Below are positions 49,689 through 62,622 of a stretch of DNA of 64,000 nt, piece after piece. The notes under the pieces are model-generated. The model was not told where the DNA came from, ran no database searches, and was given only the letters and a program-made list of their open reading frames with translations. Made by a program: the position numbers and the translations under genes. Source of the stretch: the human T2T-CHM13v2.0 reference genome, Homo sapiens; assembly GCF_009914755.1 (NCBI RefSeq), contig NC_060938.1, one strand, 5' to 3'. How positions within the stretch are numbered: position 1 is the stretch's first letter; each line of letters begins with the position of its first letter.

Positions 49689-50917
49689 TCTAATTTCTCA
49701 ATGAAGTTTGTAGAAAAGCTTAGGATAGCTAGGCCATGCGGCTTACTGTTACTTGCAAGTAAAAGAATTTGATAAGGACAAGCAAAAGAAAGCTTTGCCC
49801 CATTTCCAGCCAAAACCAGAGGGATGATAGTAATGAGAACAGAAGGACAATATGAGAGCAAAACCATTAGGCATACATCTCTCAATTTCGTCTGGTGAGG
49901 CTTAGTCTTGGAGAATGAAAAGTTTCATTAGATAAACTGGAGATGACATTGAGGAAAGAGTCCTTAGGTTACACCCTCATCAGAATAAAAGATGAGGCAC
50001 ATCACAGACAGTCAGAGGGGATGCTCAGGCTTCTTGAAATGCATTCAGCCTCCATGTAGCCTAGATGATGAGTGGAGAGGCAGGTAACCTCTCCAAGATA
50101 ACCCTGCACAGCGGAGGCTGAACTGGACTTCCAGATGCAGTCATGTCACCTATGAATCTGCAGTCAAGGGGAGCCAGGGTAAGGCTGAGTCAGCCAGGTA
50201 ATGCTACTGGGCCCCAAACAAGCTGATAAAGTCCAGATAACATATTACATCAACCACACCAGGCACATTGCAGACAGAGGCTACAGCTCTGCAAACAAAG
50301 GGAAGGAGGGGGCAGAACACCAGAGGGCCATGAATCTCTACTGCTACAGTGTAGAAACATACGTATTTCCCTCCCCATATACTTCCTTTCCGTATAAGAA
50401 GAGAGGTTTGGGAGGGAGGAGTTTTTGAGAGTTTGGACATATTAATTAATCTCAATGAGAAACTGTTTTCTAAGAGGCTGTTTAATGTATTGAATGATCT
50501 TCAGTTGGAGCTGTACTGAATATGTAGTTCATATGTTTTTCAGCCTTCTTAACAGTGGTATCTCAACAGAATGTCAGATTAGTTATCAACAAAATAAAGA
50601 CATTGCAATTTTTTTCCTCCACAATTTGTAGTAGAAGGAAAATTTTGAGATCTTTTTGTATGAGGATTATTGTAGTCACATTAGAGATTTGACAAAAATT
50701 TCCCTAGGAGAGGCTGGCTAGAATTATTAAGGTAAGAGCACCACAACTGAGTTTCTGTTTTTAGCTTTGCTTTTCAGAACATTGATTTTTATTAACACAC
50801 CAACAGTTAAGAAAATTCTGACATTTTGCTATGTACCTTTCATATATCAAATCATAATGCAGGTCTATGAATTTATAGGGAGAACAAGACTGCCATAAAG
50901 ACTCTCATTCCTCGGTT

Positions 50918-51244
<327 letters not shown>

Positions 51245-51434
51245 TTGTTGGTTATTTGTAATAGGTTGCTTAATTTCAACCAGAGCAAGGAGAGCTAGCT
51301 AGATGTAAAATGTTGATAGCTATTGTCATTCATCTGTGATAGCCTGATGCTATCTTTAGTAAAGGAAAGTTCTTATATTGGATATTATATCTTCTTGATG
51401 GTTTGTTTTAGTATTAGACTTCTGGCATGACACT

Positions 51435-51612
51435 AACCAATGATCCAAAGCTCTGGCTGAAGCTTTAATTGCCTGTGACACATGAAAAAAATACAGATGG
51501 CTAGGTCTTACCCACACATAGTGAATTAAATCTCCAGGAGTGGGCCTGAGCTTTGGCGTTTTTGTTAAAAGTTTTACAGGAGACTGGTAATTAGGCAGAG
51601 TTGAGAACCAGT
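51435..51612. mobile_element. MER5-type hAT-Charlie remnant
   Basis: aaaatacagatggctagg...aattaaatctccaggagtgggcc...agttgagaacca. Confidence 0.6.
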
Positions 51613-51744
51613 GAACCAAGTCTTTGCAGTTAGGTTTCTGCAGTCACTCTAGGCAGAAACTGTTGGCAATGGATCTGTACTTCTGTTGCAGTTGACTGAG
51701 ATAAGACCTTGCAAACGTAAGCAAGACTCTTACCAGCAGCCTTA

Positions 51745-52166
<422 letters not shown>

Positions 52167-52582
52167 TCATTTTATTAAGTAAGATGAAATGTTTGACAGA
52201 CTGGTAATTGTTTCCCAGGATACATATTTTTCCTTCTAGAACCAGACTGCATTTCCCAAACTCCCTGCCTTAAACATGTCCATGTCACTATGTTCTGGCC
52301 AAGTTGATATGAGCTGAAAAAATGTGAGCAAATTCTTAGCTAGGTCTTCTTTAGAGAAATCTGGTTTCCCTCTACTTTACTTTTTCTTATTCCCGTGCAC
52401 TGAAAGGCAGATAGATCTGTGGTGGGCTGGCTTCAACCAACCAGACCAAGACACACCTCAGAACTGGGAAATGGTAGAATCACAACCTTGATAAACCCCC
52501 TCAATGATCACATGGAGAAAAGCCAGCTTCCCACCATGATAGATTGCCTTTCCCTGGATTGTTATGTAAGGAAGAAATAAAC

Positions 52583-52859
52583 TTTTTTTTTTTTTTTGAG
52601 ACGGAGTTGCCCAGGCTGGAGTGCAGTGGCACAATCTTGGCTCACTTACAACCTCTGCCGCCCAGTTTCAAGTGATTCTCCTGCCTCAGCCTCCCGACTA
52701 CAGGCACATACCACCATGCCCAGCTACTTTTTGTACTTTTAGTAGAGACGGGATTTCACCATGTTGGCCAGGCTGGTCTCGAGCTCCTGACCTCAGGTGA
52801 TCCACCCGCCTCGGCCTCCCAAAGTGCTGGGATTACAGGTGTGAGCCACTGGACCCTGC
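52583..52859 (-). mobile_element. Alu (AluS-type) inside an old MLT1-like LTR (about 52200-52930)
   Basis: reverse Alu with deletions; TSD aaataaact; host text ctggattgttatgtaaggaagaaataaact...tactgtattttgg. Confidence 0.88.
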
Positions 52860-54783
52860 TGATAAATAAACTCCTATTTGTTTGAACTACTGTATTTTGG
52901 AATCATTGTTGCATTAATTTTTTCTACATCTTAATTACTACAAGCTACAGGACCAGTAGTCTCAGATCTTCACTTACTTGTTGAACTTCTTTCACTAGAA
53001 ACTTCTCCAAATGCTGGGGTCAAAATTTCAAAAAATGAGTCGCTAATAAGCTTTCAATGTCCATTTTTCTAAAGATGCAACCTATATCTTAAATTGGAGT
53101 AGATTATGGCAACTATTAAGTCTTCAATGCCCCACCAAAAATTAACAAGTGGGCATGCATGCTATTGGAACACAGGCCTAGGACTTTCTTTCTCCCTCTG
53201 CCCTCCCCTGTGACCTCCACATTCTCCGTACAGAAAGGGGCAGGAGGTATGAAAGTGCAGACATTGGGTAACACTCACTATTGCCTTAGTTCCCAGGTAC
53301 TAGCAGTGCCCCTTTACTGACCTTACTCTTCTTCCTGTTGTAAACACCTCCTTAGAGTTCTTTTCATGTCCAACCCTTGGTCATCTTCCATCCTGCCTCT
53401 CAAGCAGGGTAAAATCCCTCATTCTCTTACTCTTATTTTCTCCTGAAATTCCTCCCTTTCATATTCTTAATGTTCCCTCCTCCTTAGAAGCCCACTCTCT
53501 ATTTTGATGTTTGCTGCACAGGTTCCTAGACCAATATGGAAAATCCAAAAATGTGCTGCTCTCCCCTTTGTTGATCTCTCACCTGAACAATGAACACAGT
53601 GCATGCTGTGGAATATGGGTAAAAAATTAGTTCATCAAAATGTTTATATAATTGAAAATTCTGTATTATATGTAATGTATTTGTTCATTTAAAAATACTT
53701 ATTGAATATTAAGTGGCAGGCATTAGGCATTGAGGATAGAAAAGAATGAGAGAATGCTTGAAATACTATGCATTTCGTTATGGAAATACTAGGGCATTAT
53801 TACACTAGGGTGTATATTGAAGTGGTGAGTTGCTTGTACCCACTTGTAATGAACATATTTTAAAAAGAGAAGGAAGAAAATCTTTGACAATGGAATAATG
53901 TCAAATATTTGAATATTTTGAATTAAGTAAGGCAGCACATTTGTATATATACCCATCACTGCGAATGTTCTTGTTCACTTGAAGTTATAATCTAGTAGCT
54001 GGAAAACATGTCAGTGTCATCATTCTATCTTATGGGAAATGCCCCTGAATTCAAAATCTCACTTGGTTAAAGACTAATTTACCTTCAGTTTGATAGGACT
54101 CGATGCACGCTCCAAAGGCTCCAGGTATCTCCTTTGATCTTTCAAGAAGAACTTGATATTGATGACTAGCTCTTGTAATCTTTCAACTATGGAAACTTAG
54201 GTGGAATATTTCTTCTTGTATTCAATGCAAATTATGCAATGAATGCATCAGATGTGATGAGGAAGGGATGAGCCACTGCTTCCTTGTGTTTCTAAAAATA
54301 TGCCAGTTCACAAATGTCATGATCTTATGTCAGAGACATGTGAGAAAGATCCATCTTAGAGAAAGAGAAGAAAGATTGGGATAAAATATGTGATTTCATT
54401 TTTTAATCCTTATTTGTTGTGTGACAGGAAAAATAGGAAACAGTGGACAGAGAATATGATCCCCTTACTTGTGACACAAGAGGTAATGATGAACAGTGAA
54501 AGGGTATATAAAAACACTTCGAAAATTTTATATTATAGAGAAGATACTGTGTGAGGTATTGTGACTGCTACAATATATACATATATATATATATGAATAA
54601 AAGTTATTGGCTCTGAATTTATCAGGAATATTAATTCAACTTTGTACCAAAATATTACAGGGCAAATGAATAGGGTTCAATTTAGCATCACCAATTTTCA
54701 AGGAGCAGCACAGGGATAGTTAGTAGCTTTGGTTTTATTCTTTTCCTAATGTCATCTAAGAATATCGTGCTAGAATAGAAAGG

Positions 54784-55205
54784 TGTGAATGGTTAAATTA
54801 GGTGTCAGCTTGATTGGGTTGAAGGATGCCTAGATGGCTGGTGAAGCACTGTTCCTGGGGGTGTCTGTGGGGGTGTTTCCAGAGGAGATTGGCAGGTGAG
54901 GCAGTTTCCAGAGGAGACTGGCAGGTGAGACTGAGAGAGGAAGACCTGCCCTCAATGTGGGCAGGCACCATTCAATTGGCTGCTTGCTCCCCACAACCTT
55001 CCCACCCTGTGGCAGCTCTGAGGCCTTCAGCCTCAGACCAGCTTCTCTAACAACCTTGCTTGCTACCAGCTTCTGTCATTCTCTAGCTTGCATATGGCCT
55101 GTCGGCCTATTGTGGGACTTCGCTTTTAATCATGTGAGCCAATTCTCCCTAAAAAATTCCCTTACATATACCTATCCTATTGATGCTGTTCCCCTGGAGA
55201 ATCCT
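54784..55205 (+). mobile_element. ERVL solo LTR (MLT2A/B-like)
   Basis: tggttaaattaggtgtcagcttgattgggttgaaggatgcc...ccctcaatgtgggcaggcacca...cctattgatgctgttcccctggagaatcctg. Confidence 0.85.
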
Positions 55206-55783
55206 GTCAACTAAAGAAAAAAAAGATCCAACTTTTAAATAATTAAAATTAGTTTTATTCAGAAGTCTTACTGAGGTCTACAGGCTGGGAGGCCTATAGC
55301 CCAGGAGCAGCCCTTTAGAGGGGTTCTATTAGATGGCTCCCATGCAGTATTTTAGTTGACAATTTACAGGTGGTAAAGATTCAGTATATGTGAAATCACA
55401 TCAAATTTGCTCAGAAGTTACATTAAAGCAGAATCACATCAAGGTTTGGGTGTAAGGGTACATCTGGTTATAGATTACAGGAGTATAATCACTAACCTGG
55501 TCAGACCTTATTTTATGCGTAAGAAAACACAAGGACTGGTGTAATTTATCTTTAGGAATATAGTGAGTCAGGTAAACAGATACGGAGCATGGGGACCGTG
55601 CACTCTATTCTGTGGTATCTTCAAACATTCTTCTCAGAGAGCTGCAGGTTGTCATAGAGTGAGGGGCTTTGTGAAATTATGCTGGCAAGCAGAAATGAGC
55701 AAAAATGGCATTTACTACTTTGTCTCGCAACTTCCACTAACACAAAGGGACGGGAGCAACTGTGCTGTCTGTTCATTGGGCTA
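55205..55783 (-). mobile_element. ERV1-type solo LTR (MER67/LTR24-like)
   Basis: tgtcaactaaagaaaaaaaagatccaacttttaaataattaaaattagttttattcagaagtcttactgagg resembles this LTR group. Confidence 0.55.
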
Positions 55784-55964
55784 GACTTTTCTCCTATTTA
55801 CTTAATCAATAACATCATAGACATCAGAAATTTTCAAAGAGAATACCAATTGGGTTTATTCTGGTTAGGAAACAAAATGCTGTGTTTATAGTTTTTCTTA
55901 CTCTTGGGAATGCTTTGCCTACATTCTTTCACTGAGTAAGTATAATTTAAAGTTAGTGTTGCAT

Positions 55965-56700
55965 CGCCACTTCATATCCATTGAAATTGCTATTAGATAT
56001 TAAAAAAAGAAGTATTGATGAGGGTTTTGAGAAACTGGAACCCTAGTGCACTACTGATTGGAATGTAAAATGGTTCAGCCACTGTGGAAAACAGTATAGT
56101 AGTTTCTTAAAAAAAAAAAAAAAGAATTACCATATGATCCAGCAATTCCACTTATGCATATATACACCAAAAAAAAAAAAAAAATGGGAAACAAGGACTC
56201 AAACAGATATTTGTTTGTCAATGTTCATAGCAACATCATTTACAGTAGCCAAATGGTGAAAACAACCAAAGCTTCCTCAATGGATGAATGGATAAACAAA
56301 ATGTGTTATATACATACAATGGAATATTATTGAGCCTTCAAAAAGGAGAAAATTATGACACATGAGTAAAACTTGGAGACATCAGGCCAAGTGAAATAAG
56401 CAAGTCACAAAAGGACAAATGCTGTATGAGTCTACTTATATGAGGTATCTGGAGCAGTCAAATTCATAGAGACAGAAAGGAGAATGGTGGTTGCCAGAAA
56501 CTGGTGGAAAGGATGAAAGGGGAATTATTATTTAAGTGAGTAGAGAGTTTTAGTTTTGTAAGATGAAAAAAGTTCTGGAGATGGATCACAGTGATGGTTG
56601 CACAACAATGTGAATATACCTAATGCTATTGAGCTGCACACTTAGCATGATTAAAATGGTCAGTTTATGTCATGTATATTTTATTACAATTGAAATAATT
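55965..56700 (+). mobile_element. L1MB-type 3' end
   Basis: gaattaccatatgatccagcaattccact, ggatgaatggataaacaaaatgtg, aagtcacaaaaggacaaat, gagcagtcaaattcatagagacagaa. Confidence 0.9.
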
Positions 56701-56964
56701 AATGGGGTATCATCTCAAGGAACGCTAGCATAAATAATAAATTGTTATGTGAGTCAAAGTTGTGTACAATGTTCATTTTAACAATGAAGTTTGATATTAT
56801 TGAGGATAGAGTGTTAATATATGTTGGACAATAACTATTTGAAATATTATAATCAGTGAAGCTGAAATTACAGCTTGGACTTACCATAGGGAATCTGGTG
56901 GATAGGGGCCAGGATCTTGGTTTCTTGTGCAATATTAGACTATGGGGGAAATCTGTGCAAATGA

Positions 56965-57444
<480 letters not shown>

Positions 57445-57635
57445 TGAGATGAACAAGACCCAGAGAGATGGTCTGTAGAACATAGCCAGGCTAGCCCATG
57501 TGCAGAATTTCTTCAGCTCATGTACAAAAGGTTGGGTTTTAGAAGGTGTCATGGAGATTTCTAAAAGTTGGATGGTACCTTATTCACTCAGACATTTCAA
57601 TGAAAAGCCATGTGCCTCCAAATGAAGATTGGTGC

Positions 57636-58143
57636 TGTATTAGTCACGGTTCTCCAGAGAAAAAGAACTAATAGAGCATATATTGATACATGGAAAGAGA
57701 TTTGTCATGTGGAATTGGCCCACACAATTACTGAGGCTGAGAAGCCCCACAATTTGCCATCTGCAAGCTGGGAAGCTGGTGATGGAGTTCCAGTCCAAAC
57801 CCAAAGGTTCGAGAATCTGGAGAGCCAGTGTCATAAGTTCTAGTCTGAATATAAAGGTCCAAGAACCAGAAGCACTGATGTCCAAGGGCAGGAGAAGATG
57901 GACGTCTCAGTTCAAGCAGAGAGAGTCCATTTGCCCTTGCTCTGCCTTTTTGTTCCATTTAGGCCCTTAACAGATTGGACGATGCCCACCTGCATGGGTG
58001 AGGGAGATCTTTACTCAGTCTATGGATTAAATGCTAACCTTTTCCAGAAACACTCTCACACTTACACTTAGAAAAAAACGTTTTACCAGGTATCTGAGCA
58101 TCCCTTAACCCAGTCAAGTTGACACAGAAAATCAACCATCACA
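57636..58143 (-). mobile_element. ERVL solo LTR (MLT2B/C/D-like)
   Basis: tgtattagtcacggttctccagagaaa...gaggctgagaagccccacaat...ccagtcaagttgacacagaaaatcaaccatcaca. Confidence 0.88.
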
Positions 58144-58429
58144 AGTGCCTAGAAGCTTGATTTCCTGTGTTCCTCCCTTAGACACTAAAATGGAGTCTAG
58201 CCGTCCTTCGTTCTAGGCCCTTACTTACATCAACCTATTGATAAATTAGGAGCTCAGCTCTGCGTATAAAGACAGGGGTAAGGAATGGGAGGAGACTAAC
58301 AGACTGGACTGGGGTAAAGCATGCAAAGAGCAATGGATGCCTCACTACCATCCCCCATTACTACTCTTTACCCCAGTTTCAGAAAGTTTTAAGCAGTAAT
58401 AATAACAAGATGTTAAGAAGTTTGAAGAA

Positions 58430-58719
58430 GGCCGGGCGCAGTGGCTCAAGCCTGTAATCCCAGCACTTTGGGAGGCCAAGGTGGGCGTATCACCTGAAGT
58501 CGGGAGTTCGAGACCAGCCTGACTAACATGAAGAAACCCCGTCTCTACTAAAAATACAAAATTAACCAGGCGTGGTGGCACATGCCTGTAATCCCAGCTA
58601 CTAGGGAGGCTGAGGCAGGAGAATCGCTTGAACCTGGGAGGCGGAGTTGCAATGAGCCAAGATCGCGCCATTGCACTCCAGCCTGGGCAACAAGAGCGAA
58701 ACTCCATCTCAAAAAAAAA
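58430..58719 (+). mobile_element. AluSp-like
   Basis: gtcgggagttcgagaccagcctgac, caacaagagcgaaactcc; perfect 15-bp TSD aagaagtttgaagaa. Confidence 0.95.
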
Positions 58720-59239
58720 AAGAAGTTTGAAGAAAAGGAGATAATTGTTACTTAAACTGGACAGAGAGGTTTCTTTCATCAGACTGATCCTCCAGCCTCT
58801 CTCTGAGGTGATGTATTCTCAGAGGCAGCCACATCTACTAGAAAGTGAGGAAAATAATTGTAGATAATTGTGACTATTCCCAAAAGTGAGAAATTGTTTG
58901 TAATTTTGTAAACACAAACATCTAAGCTAAATTAAATTAAAGATGTGGGAATTCACACAAATAACATTGGACGACTGAAATGTCCTTTGGGGAGTTTGCT
59001 TTCCTAAATATAGAAAGGTGTTATCCTGAGCTGCCCACATCTGGATCTGTGTATTGCCCTGTAAGAAAGAATAAGACAAGTGAAATAGCCACACACATAG
59101 CCCTGGGTAGATGTATTGCATAAATGTCTGAAAGGGATTTGAGTTCCGTTGGTGCCAAATTGTGTCACAAGGAAGAAAGTTCCAAACTGAGAAACCCCAC
59201 GTCACCATACCAGAGCCACTGCACTAGATTGAAGCAATT

Positions 59240-59245
59240 TTTATT
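59240..59245 (-). terminator. RNASE9: Probable RNASE9 polyadenylation signal (AATAAA)
   Basis: AATAAA on the minus strand about 340 nt after the stop codon. Confidence 0.7.
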
Positions 59246-59583
59246 CTTTCTGCTGAACTAGAGAATCACATGGATGTGTCTTTGGAGCACACTTCAGGCA
59301 ACCATTTCCTTTTCCTCTTGGTGCTGGTCATCCTTCCACTGCAGGCATCTGTATCCGTAACACATTCAAGGCATGCTAACTTAGGGGACCTGCATGAGAC
59401 CACATCTCAGAGCACCGTCTGTGAACCTAGCCTAAGGTGCTTTTGTGAGGTGTTGGGAAAGGAAGAAAGGAAGGTGGGTGATTAAAGTGAATGGAAGCAA
59501 AATTACCATTCTCAACTTTGATCTATAAGGATCAGTATGGAGAGAAATATTCCTCCCACCCTAAGCTCTCAGAGAACACTCTG

Positions 59584-60201
59584 CTAGGGCGGTATGACAA
59601 AGACACCATCCTCACTGAGGAAACTTCTGTGTTCAGGTGGCTCCACGAGATCATTTATAGTATGAGGAATACGTTTTTGCATTTCATTTTGCCATGAACA
59701 AGTGATAAGGACGTAGCCCTTCCTATAAAGTGATTCGTATTTACACGCTGGTATTTCAGATGCTTCTGTTAAATTACAATACACTCCTTCTACAAGACCT
59801 TTGCTCCTGTTACATTTCCTAATTCCATTCTTACATGGCACAAATCTGTTGTAACAGATTTTTTGGAGCTCGTCATATTGCATAAGAAGGAAGTAATGTT
59901 CTGCCACCCAACGGTGTTTGTAGTAAACATTTTTTCCCATGATTTCATGGTTACAGTACTCTATATGATTTAGTGGCATTCCAGGTTCAATAAGGACACG
60001 TCTTTTGACTTTTTCTTTGGTAGGTGGTCTGGCGGGCCCTGTACTAAAAAATTTTTCCAAACACTCTTCAAATTCTTCTTTTTTATCTTCTTCTGGGAAA
60101 TCAAAATCTGTATCCACCTCTTGAAACTGCACCAGCTGCAGCAGCTGCTGCGGCAATAGAAGCAGGGGCAGTGGGTGTGTGGTGATGAGAGTTCTCATCA
60201 T
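59584..60201 (-). CDS. RNASE9: Inactive ribonuclease-like protein 9 (RNase A superfamily), 205 aa, single coding exon
   Basis: MMRTLITTHPLPLLLL... starts 5 nt after acceptor ctgcAG|gaaaaATG; acidic insert; RNase A Cys spacing; no catalytic His/Lys/His motif; protein recognised. Confidence 0.96.
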   Translation of the reverse strand: MMRTLITTHPLPLLLLPQQLLQLVQFQEVDTDFDFPEEDKKEEFEECLEKFFSTGPARPPTKEKVKRRVLIEPGMPLNHIEYCNHEIMGKNVYYKHRWVAEHYFLLMQYDELQKICYNRFVPCKNGIRKCNRSKGLVEGVYCNLTEASEIPACKYESLYRKGYVLITCSWQNEMQKRIPHTINDLVEPPEHRSFLSEDGVFVIPP

Positions 60202-60859
60202 TTTTCCTGCAGACACTAAAAGAGATAACGGGATATGTTCTATTGTGATAATGTGCTTGCTTCCATTTCCTGTGTGGGGCACAGTTATGCCACATGTTGC
60301 TGTTCTGGGCTCTAAGATTTTGGACCATTTTTAAATTACCAACTCATAATCGATCTGAATACTTCTAAATTATTGACAAAAATGACCTTACTAGGCCTAC
60401 AGTCAGTCTAGAGCTGTGGTAAGAGAAGAAAAGGTGAAAGGAAGGAGAATGAGAAAGGGAGAGAAATAAAGGTAAGGAGGAAGAAAAGGAAACAAGGAAG
60501 AAATGGAGCAAGAGAGAGATTAAGGAGAGAGGGAAGGAGAAAGGAAATCAAGACAGCAGTGGGGAGAAAGGGAGGGTGCAGAGAGGAGGCTCACATGCTC
60601 CTTTCGTCTGAAATAAATGCATCTTTTCCCTTTCCAGGAGTTGAGAACTTGCTCTGAAAAGAGCCACCCTCCCCTTTCGAACATTCCACTTTGATAAGAA
60701 AAATTCCTTAACCATGTCTTTCTTTCTCCTCTTGCCCTTATTTGACCATAGATGCCCTTGGGGAAGGGGTCAAGGAAGGTTCAAGTTTGAGCAGCTGGGA
60801 TAAATACATTCTTGAAGTCACCCTAAAGTAAAAACAATGATACACAGTCATAGCTAGCA

Positions 60860-61090
60860 TAATGAGGAGTTAAGTGCCAAGCACTAGACTAAGCACTCTA
60901 AGTACATTATCACCATCATCCAAACAACCCTATAATAAATATATTATTTTTAGCATTGTTGTTATTATAACAATGAAAGTTGCAAAAAGAAGTGTAAAGT
61001 TATTAACATCTCTCCGTGAAGGGAAGTTGCTTAAAATCTCACATTAGATCCGGCAGACTCCTGGTTCAAGCCTATTTTTGTCTAAATTCC
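60860..61090 (-). mobile_element. MIR SINE
   Basis: aagtgccaagcactagactaagcactcta...aaacaaccctataa...attatttttagcatt. Confidence 0.55.
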
Positions 61091-61315
61091 ACACATCTGT
61101 CCTTAGCTGCTATTCTATGGCCTCTATCAGTCTGGTTTCCCTTCTTAAGGCTAGACTGTATCTCTCTCTCTAGGCTGTCAAACACAATGACTACTGAAAT
61201 GGCCAGTGCTAAAACGGAATTTGAGCCCCTAGAGTGCTTTGACAAATTGGTCCATGCTCCATGAAGAACCAATTATTTAATTGCAGAAGCAACCTCCTGA
61301 GTTTTCTTACCTTAC

Positions 61316-61352
61316 CAGGCTCGTTGTAAAAGAAGTCCTACTTGGTGGCAAC
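61316..61352 (-). other. RNASE9: Candidate 5'UTR micro-exon of RNASE9
   Basis: minus strand cactcAG|gttgcc...gagcctg|GTAAG|GTAAGA, tandem donors 5 nt apart. Confidence 0.4.
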
Positions 61353-61746
61353 CTGAGTGATTCTCTAACAGTCATTACCTGGAGACCTTGATCTATCAGT
61401 GATGGAGATGGACAGCCTCCTGTTCTAGGCTGGATACTAAGTTTGTATATATGTGTGTAGAAAGGTTAGAGAATGATGGAATTAAAGAAAGGTGGGTGTT
61501 GGGGAACACATCAGAAAGTAGAGACAGGAAAGTTGAGCATAGGAGTGCAGAGAATGGGAAAGAAAAGAAAAAGTTGCCTAAAATGGCGATGTGAGAATGG
61601 GCACTCTGGGGCGGCCATGTGCCACACTGTCCCTCCCCTCCCTGCTTTTCCTCCCATCCCTGCTTTCACACTGTCATCAGTGTCCTCCAGGAAGTCTCTT
61701 CAAAAGAGTGATCCCATGGTGACAGGTCAGAGAGCTCGGAACATAC

Positions 61747-61782
61747 TCTCACAAGAACGCGGAGCCTCTGCAACATCTTGAT
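61747..61782 (-). other. RNASE9: Candidate 36-nt upstream exon of RNASE9
   Basis: minus strand tgttctctccAG|ATCAAG...GTGAGA|GTATGT. Confidence 0.5.
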
Positions 61783-62255
61783 CTGGAGAGAACATGGACA
61801 GTACACGTGTGAAAAGCAGAATTCAGGCAGCTGTGGCCCTGCGCTTTCTACTTCCCGAGAACATGCACAGGGCCTGTCCAGAATACTCTTTTGTTTTTTA
61901 AATCTGCAACCTTCTTAATTCTTGATTTATGAATTCAACTTTTGGTTTCATTCTTCTCAAAATCCTTTCTCATCTCAAAGTATGTGAATTTTTTAAATAC
62001 TGTATTTTGTTACTTTTATAGATTTTTAGAAATCTTTCACCATCTGGAATTTATTTTAATAGATAGTAAGAAGTTAGTGTGGTCTTTTTTCACATGGTTT
62101 ATACATAATCTCATCATCAATTATTTGGGAAAAAATCTATTCTCTCATCCCTAATTTTAAAAGCTACTTTCTATATTTAATAATTCTGTTTCTGAACAGT
62201 TTATTGTGTTTTGATATGCCAATAATATACTGTTTTACTTATTATCATTTTACTG

Positions 62256-62378
62256 TTTTTTTTTTTAAGAGTCATGGTCTCACAGTGTTGCCTCGGCTGA
62301 CTCAGAACTCCGGGGTTCAAGGAATCCTCCCACGGCCTATCAAGTAGCTGGGCCTACAGGTGCACTCCACTGTACCTG
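62256..62378 (-). mobile_element. Free Alu monomer (FLAM-like)
   Basis: single monomer with perfect 17-bp TSD tacttattatcatttta (62236-62252 / 62379-62395). Confidence 0.8.
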
Positions 62379-62532
62379 TACTTATTATCATTTTATAAAA
62401 CATTTTGATATCTCATAAAGCAATCTACACTCATTCCTCTTCTTATTCAAATGTTCACTGCGGAGACAAACACAAAGTAGATTATAGGGTGCCCGGGACA
62501 GGTGGTAGAAATGGGGATTCACAGTAAATGGA

Positions 62533-62622
62533 AGAAAGAGAGACAGAGGAGAGAGAGACAGAGAGAAAGAGAGACAGAGAGAGAGAGAGACAGGGAAGCA
62601 GTGAGGGAGGGAGGGAGGGAGA
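62533..62622. repeat. GA-rich simple repeat
   Basis: (GA)n, (GACAGA)n and (GGGA)n seen directly. Confidence 0.85.

Noticed and set aside
53560-54340. Unique-looking stretch checked as a possible decayed RNase paralogue
   Set aside because: No RNase Cys pattern or other recognisable coding signal by eye; left unassigned.
60202-60282. 27-aa upstream extension of the RNASE9 ORF (MPHTGNG...)
   Set aside because: Starts at a non-ATG codon and runs through the intron's polypyrimidine tract and acceptor.
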